A stretch of DNA of 64,000 nucleotides, taken from contig JBJHBP010000008.1 of NCBI GenBank assembly GCA_050485545.1, positions 24,678 through 88,677 of the forward strand, given 5' to 3'. The position numbers and the translations under genes are program-made. This DNA comes from Gammaproteobacteria bacterium (GTDB lineage: Bacteria > Pseudomonadota > Gammaproteobacteria > Steroidobacterales > Rariloculaceae). Of the stretch, positions 62,841 to 64,000 are shown one piece after another (position 1 is the first letter of the stretch; each line of letters starts with the position of its first letter). Under the pieces are notes generated by a model. The model ran no database searches and had not been told where the DNA came from. It worked only from the letters and a program-made list of their open reading frames with translations.

Positions 62841-64000
62841 ACTGGCCGATCCCGCGCCTTGCGCTGCTGTTCTGCACCGCGCTGCCGTTGCAGCGCTGGG
62901 TCATTGGCGCCGGTGTGCTGCTCATTGGCGTTGGTGTCTCGCTCATCGCCGGCGGAGCGCTGATGCTGCCGGTGGCGCCGCCGCCGGCCGTGGCCGTCTT
63001 CCCGATCTCACTGGGGGCGATGCTGATTCTGCTGGTGACCGTGGTGATACCGCTGGGCTGGCTGTTTCGAGAGCTGTCGCTGCCGCTGCCGCACCGGTTC
63101 CTGCCGCGCTTCAGGCGGCGCATGCTGACCGCGGCCGCAATGCTGATCGCCGCGCCCGTCGCGGTGGCCGCCGTGGTCGTGATCGCCACCAGCATGCCGG
63201 CGCCGCCGCCGGCGCTGGTCGTGTATCCACTGGCGGTGCTCAGCGCGCTGTTCTGGCTGGTGTTCTTCGCCCCGGCGTCACTATGGGCCGCACCGCTCTT
63301 TCTTGTCGCGATCCTGGTCGGGCCGCGGTTGCCCGAATCGGTGTTGGAATCGGTGTCGGAGGTCGGCGTGATCGAAAGCGCATTGCAGCCACTACCGCTC
63401 GGCGCTGCGCTGCTTGTTGGCTGGGTCGTGTTCTCGGCGTGGTACCTGCGGGCCGTCAGGGTCGGACCGTTCCGCCCGCCGTATTTTTTCCGCGCGCTTG
63501 TGGGGTTCGAAGAGCGGCAACAGTCAGGCACGCTCGGCGGGCCGGTGTCGCGCCTGACCGCGACGACGGTGCAGCTGTTGTGGCGTGCGCGGCCGAATCG
63601 CCAGCAGGTGCTCGCACTGATCGCCACCTTCGTCATCATCATGGGGCTGGTAGTCATGTATCTGCCGCGAGCGCAGGTCGCGATTCTGCTGTCGGCGATG
63701 CTGGGGGCCCAGGCGGGCGCATTCGGCCTCGGCCGATCTGTTGCTTCCCGCGCGCGCACGCTGTGGCTGCGAACCGGTTGGTCGCGAGCGCAGCTGTATC
63801 GAACCGCCGAAGTCGAACTTTGGCTCTCGGCGCTGCCGTTCATGTTCGGCCCGCTCGCCATCGTCATGCTCGGGCTCTGGCTGTCCGCCGGGATTCCGTG
63901 GAGCGTGCTGACCGCGCTGTGGCTGTGCGGTGCCGGCACCGCGGTGCTCGCGATGTACCTGGGCCTCATCCATACACGCGGGTTTCGGCCGTTCGACGTG
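62837..64000 (+). CDS. Polytopic membrane protein, paralogue B (3' end beyond the window)
   Basis: Not in the ORF track because it has no stop. GTG 62837 overlaps the upstream stop (GTGA), and the frame stays open for 388 codons to the window edge. My translation gives VNWPIPRLALLFCTALPLQ...SRARTLWLRTGWSRAQLYRTAEVELW..., hydrophobic throughout. Confidence 0.7.
   Translation, partial: MNWPIPRLALLFCTALPLQRWVIGAGVLLIGVGVSLIAGGALMLPVAPPPAVAVFPISLGAMLILLVTVVIPLGWLFRELSLPLPHRFLPRFRRRMLTAAAMLIAAPVAVAAVVVIATSMPAPPPALVVYPLAVLSALFWLVFFAPASLWAAPLFLVAILVGPRLPESVLESVSEVGVIESALQPLPLGAALLVGWVVFSAWYLRAVRVGPFRPPYFFRALVGFEERQQSGTLGGPVSRLTATTVQLLWRARPNRQQVLALIATFVIIMGLVVMYLPRAQVAILLSAMLGAQAGAFGLGRSVASRARTLWLRTGWSRAQLYRTAEVELWLSALPFMFGPLAIVMLGLWLSAGIPWSVLTALWLCGAGTAVLAMYLGLIHTRGFRPFDV

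Overview
This is a GC-rich, densely coding chromosomal segment with about 50 genes. Gene content (rdgC, ybiT, deaD, hrpB, rlmI, dnaG-rpoD followed by a CAU-anticodon tRNA) looks gammaproteobacterial; that placement is an inference, since no database search was possible. Layout: (i) 0.1-11.6 kb holds a Fur-boxed TonB-dependent receptor plus an oxidoreductase/transport cluster (SnoaL-like, CrtI-like flavoprotein, MFS, MBL hydrolase, GMC oxidoreductase) containing two distant paralogues of an uncharacterised secreted protein. (ii) 12.7-23.6 kb is a two-partner secretion locus. Its ~3078-aa TpsA exoprotein runs ESPR, TPS domain, GLUG-like repeats and about fifteen MBG/YDG-type modules, several near-identical at the DNA level, and is followed by its TpsB porin. 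(iii) 23.7-51.3 kb mixes housekeeping genes (rdgC, ybiT, deaD, hrpB, rlmI, ddl) with accessory genes: ligAB-like extradiol dioxygenase, an AAC(3)-I-like acetyltransferase, a Phd/PIN toxin-antitoxin pair, an RHH-fusion + minimal nucleotidyltransferase pair in an AT-richer islet, and a lipoprotein lipase + TonB receptor operon. (iv) 51.3-64 kb holds tRNA(CAU), rpoD, dnaG, an iorAB-like molybdoenzyme, a DUF222-HNH endonuclease and a YtrA-type GntR + ABC ATPase module. The HNH promoter is overlapped by a canonical LexA box, and the ABC module has two paralogous polytopic membrane proteins that run off the window end. I found no CRISPR array, rRNA, integrase or transposase. I cannot show that any locus is a genuinely new system. 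The best leads are the SOS-boxed HNH gene, the RHH-fusion/NTase bicistron, the TpsA architecture and its recombinogenic repeats, the YtrA-ABC module and the uncharacterised secreted paralogues. Many long ORFs in the supplied track are antisense shadow ORFs typical of high-GC DNA and were not called.
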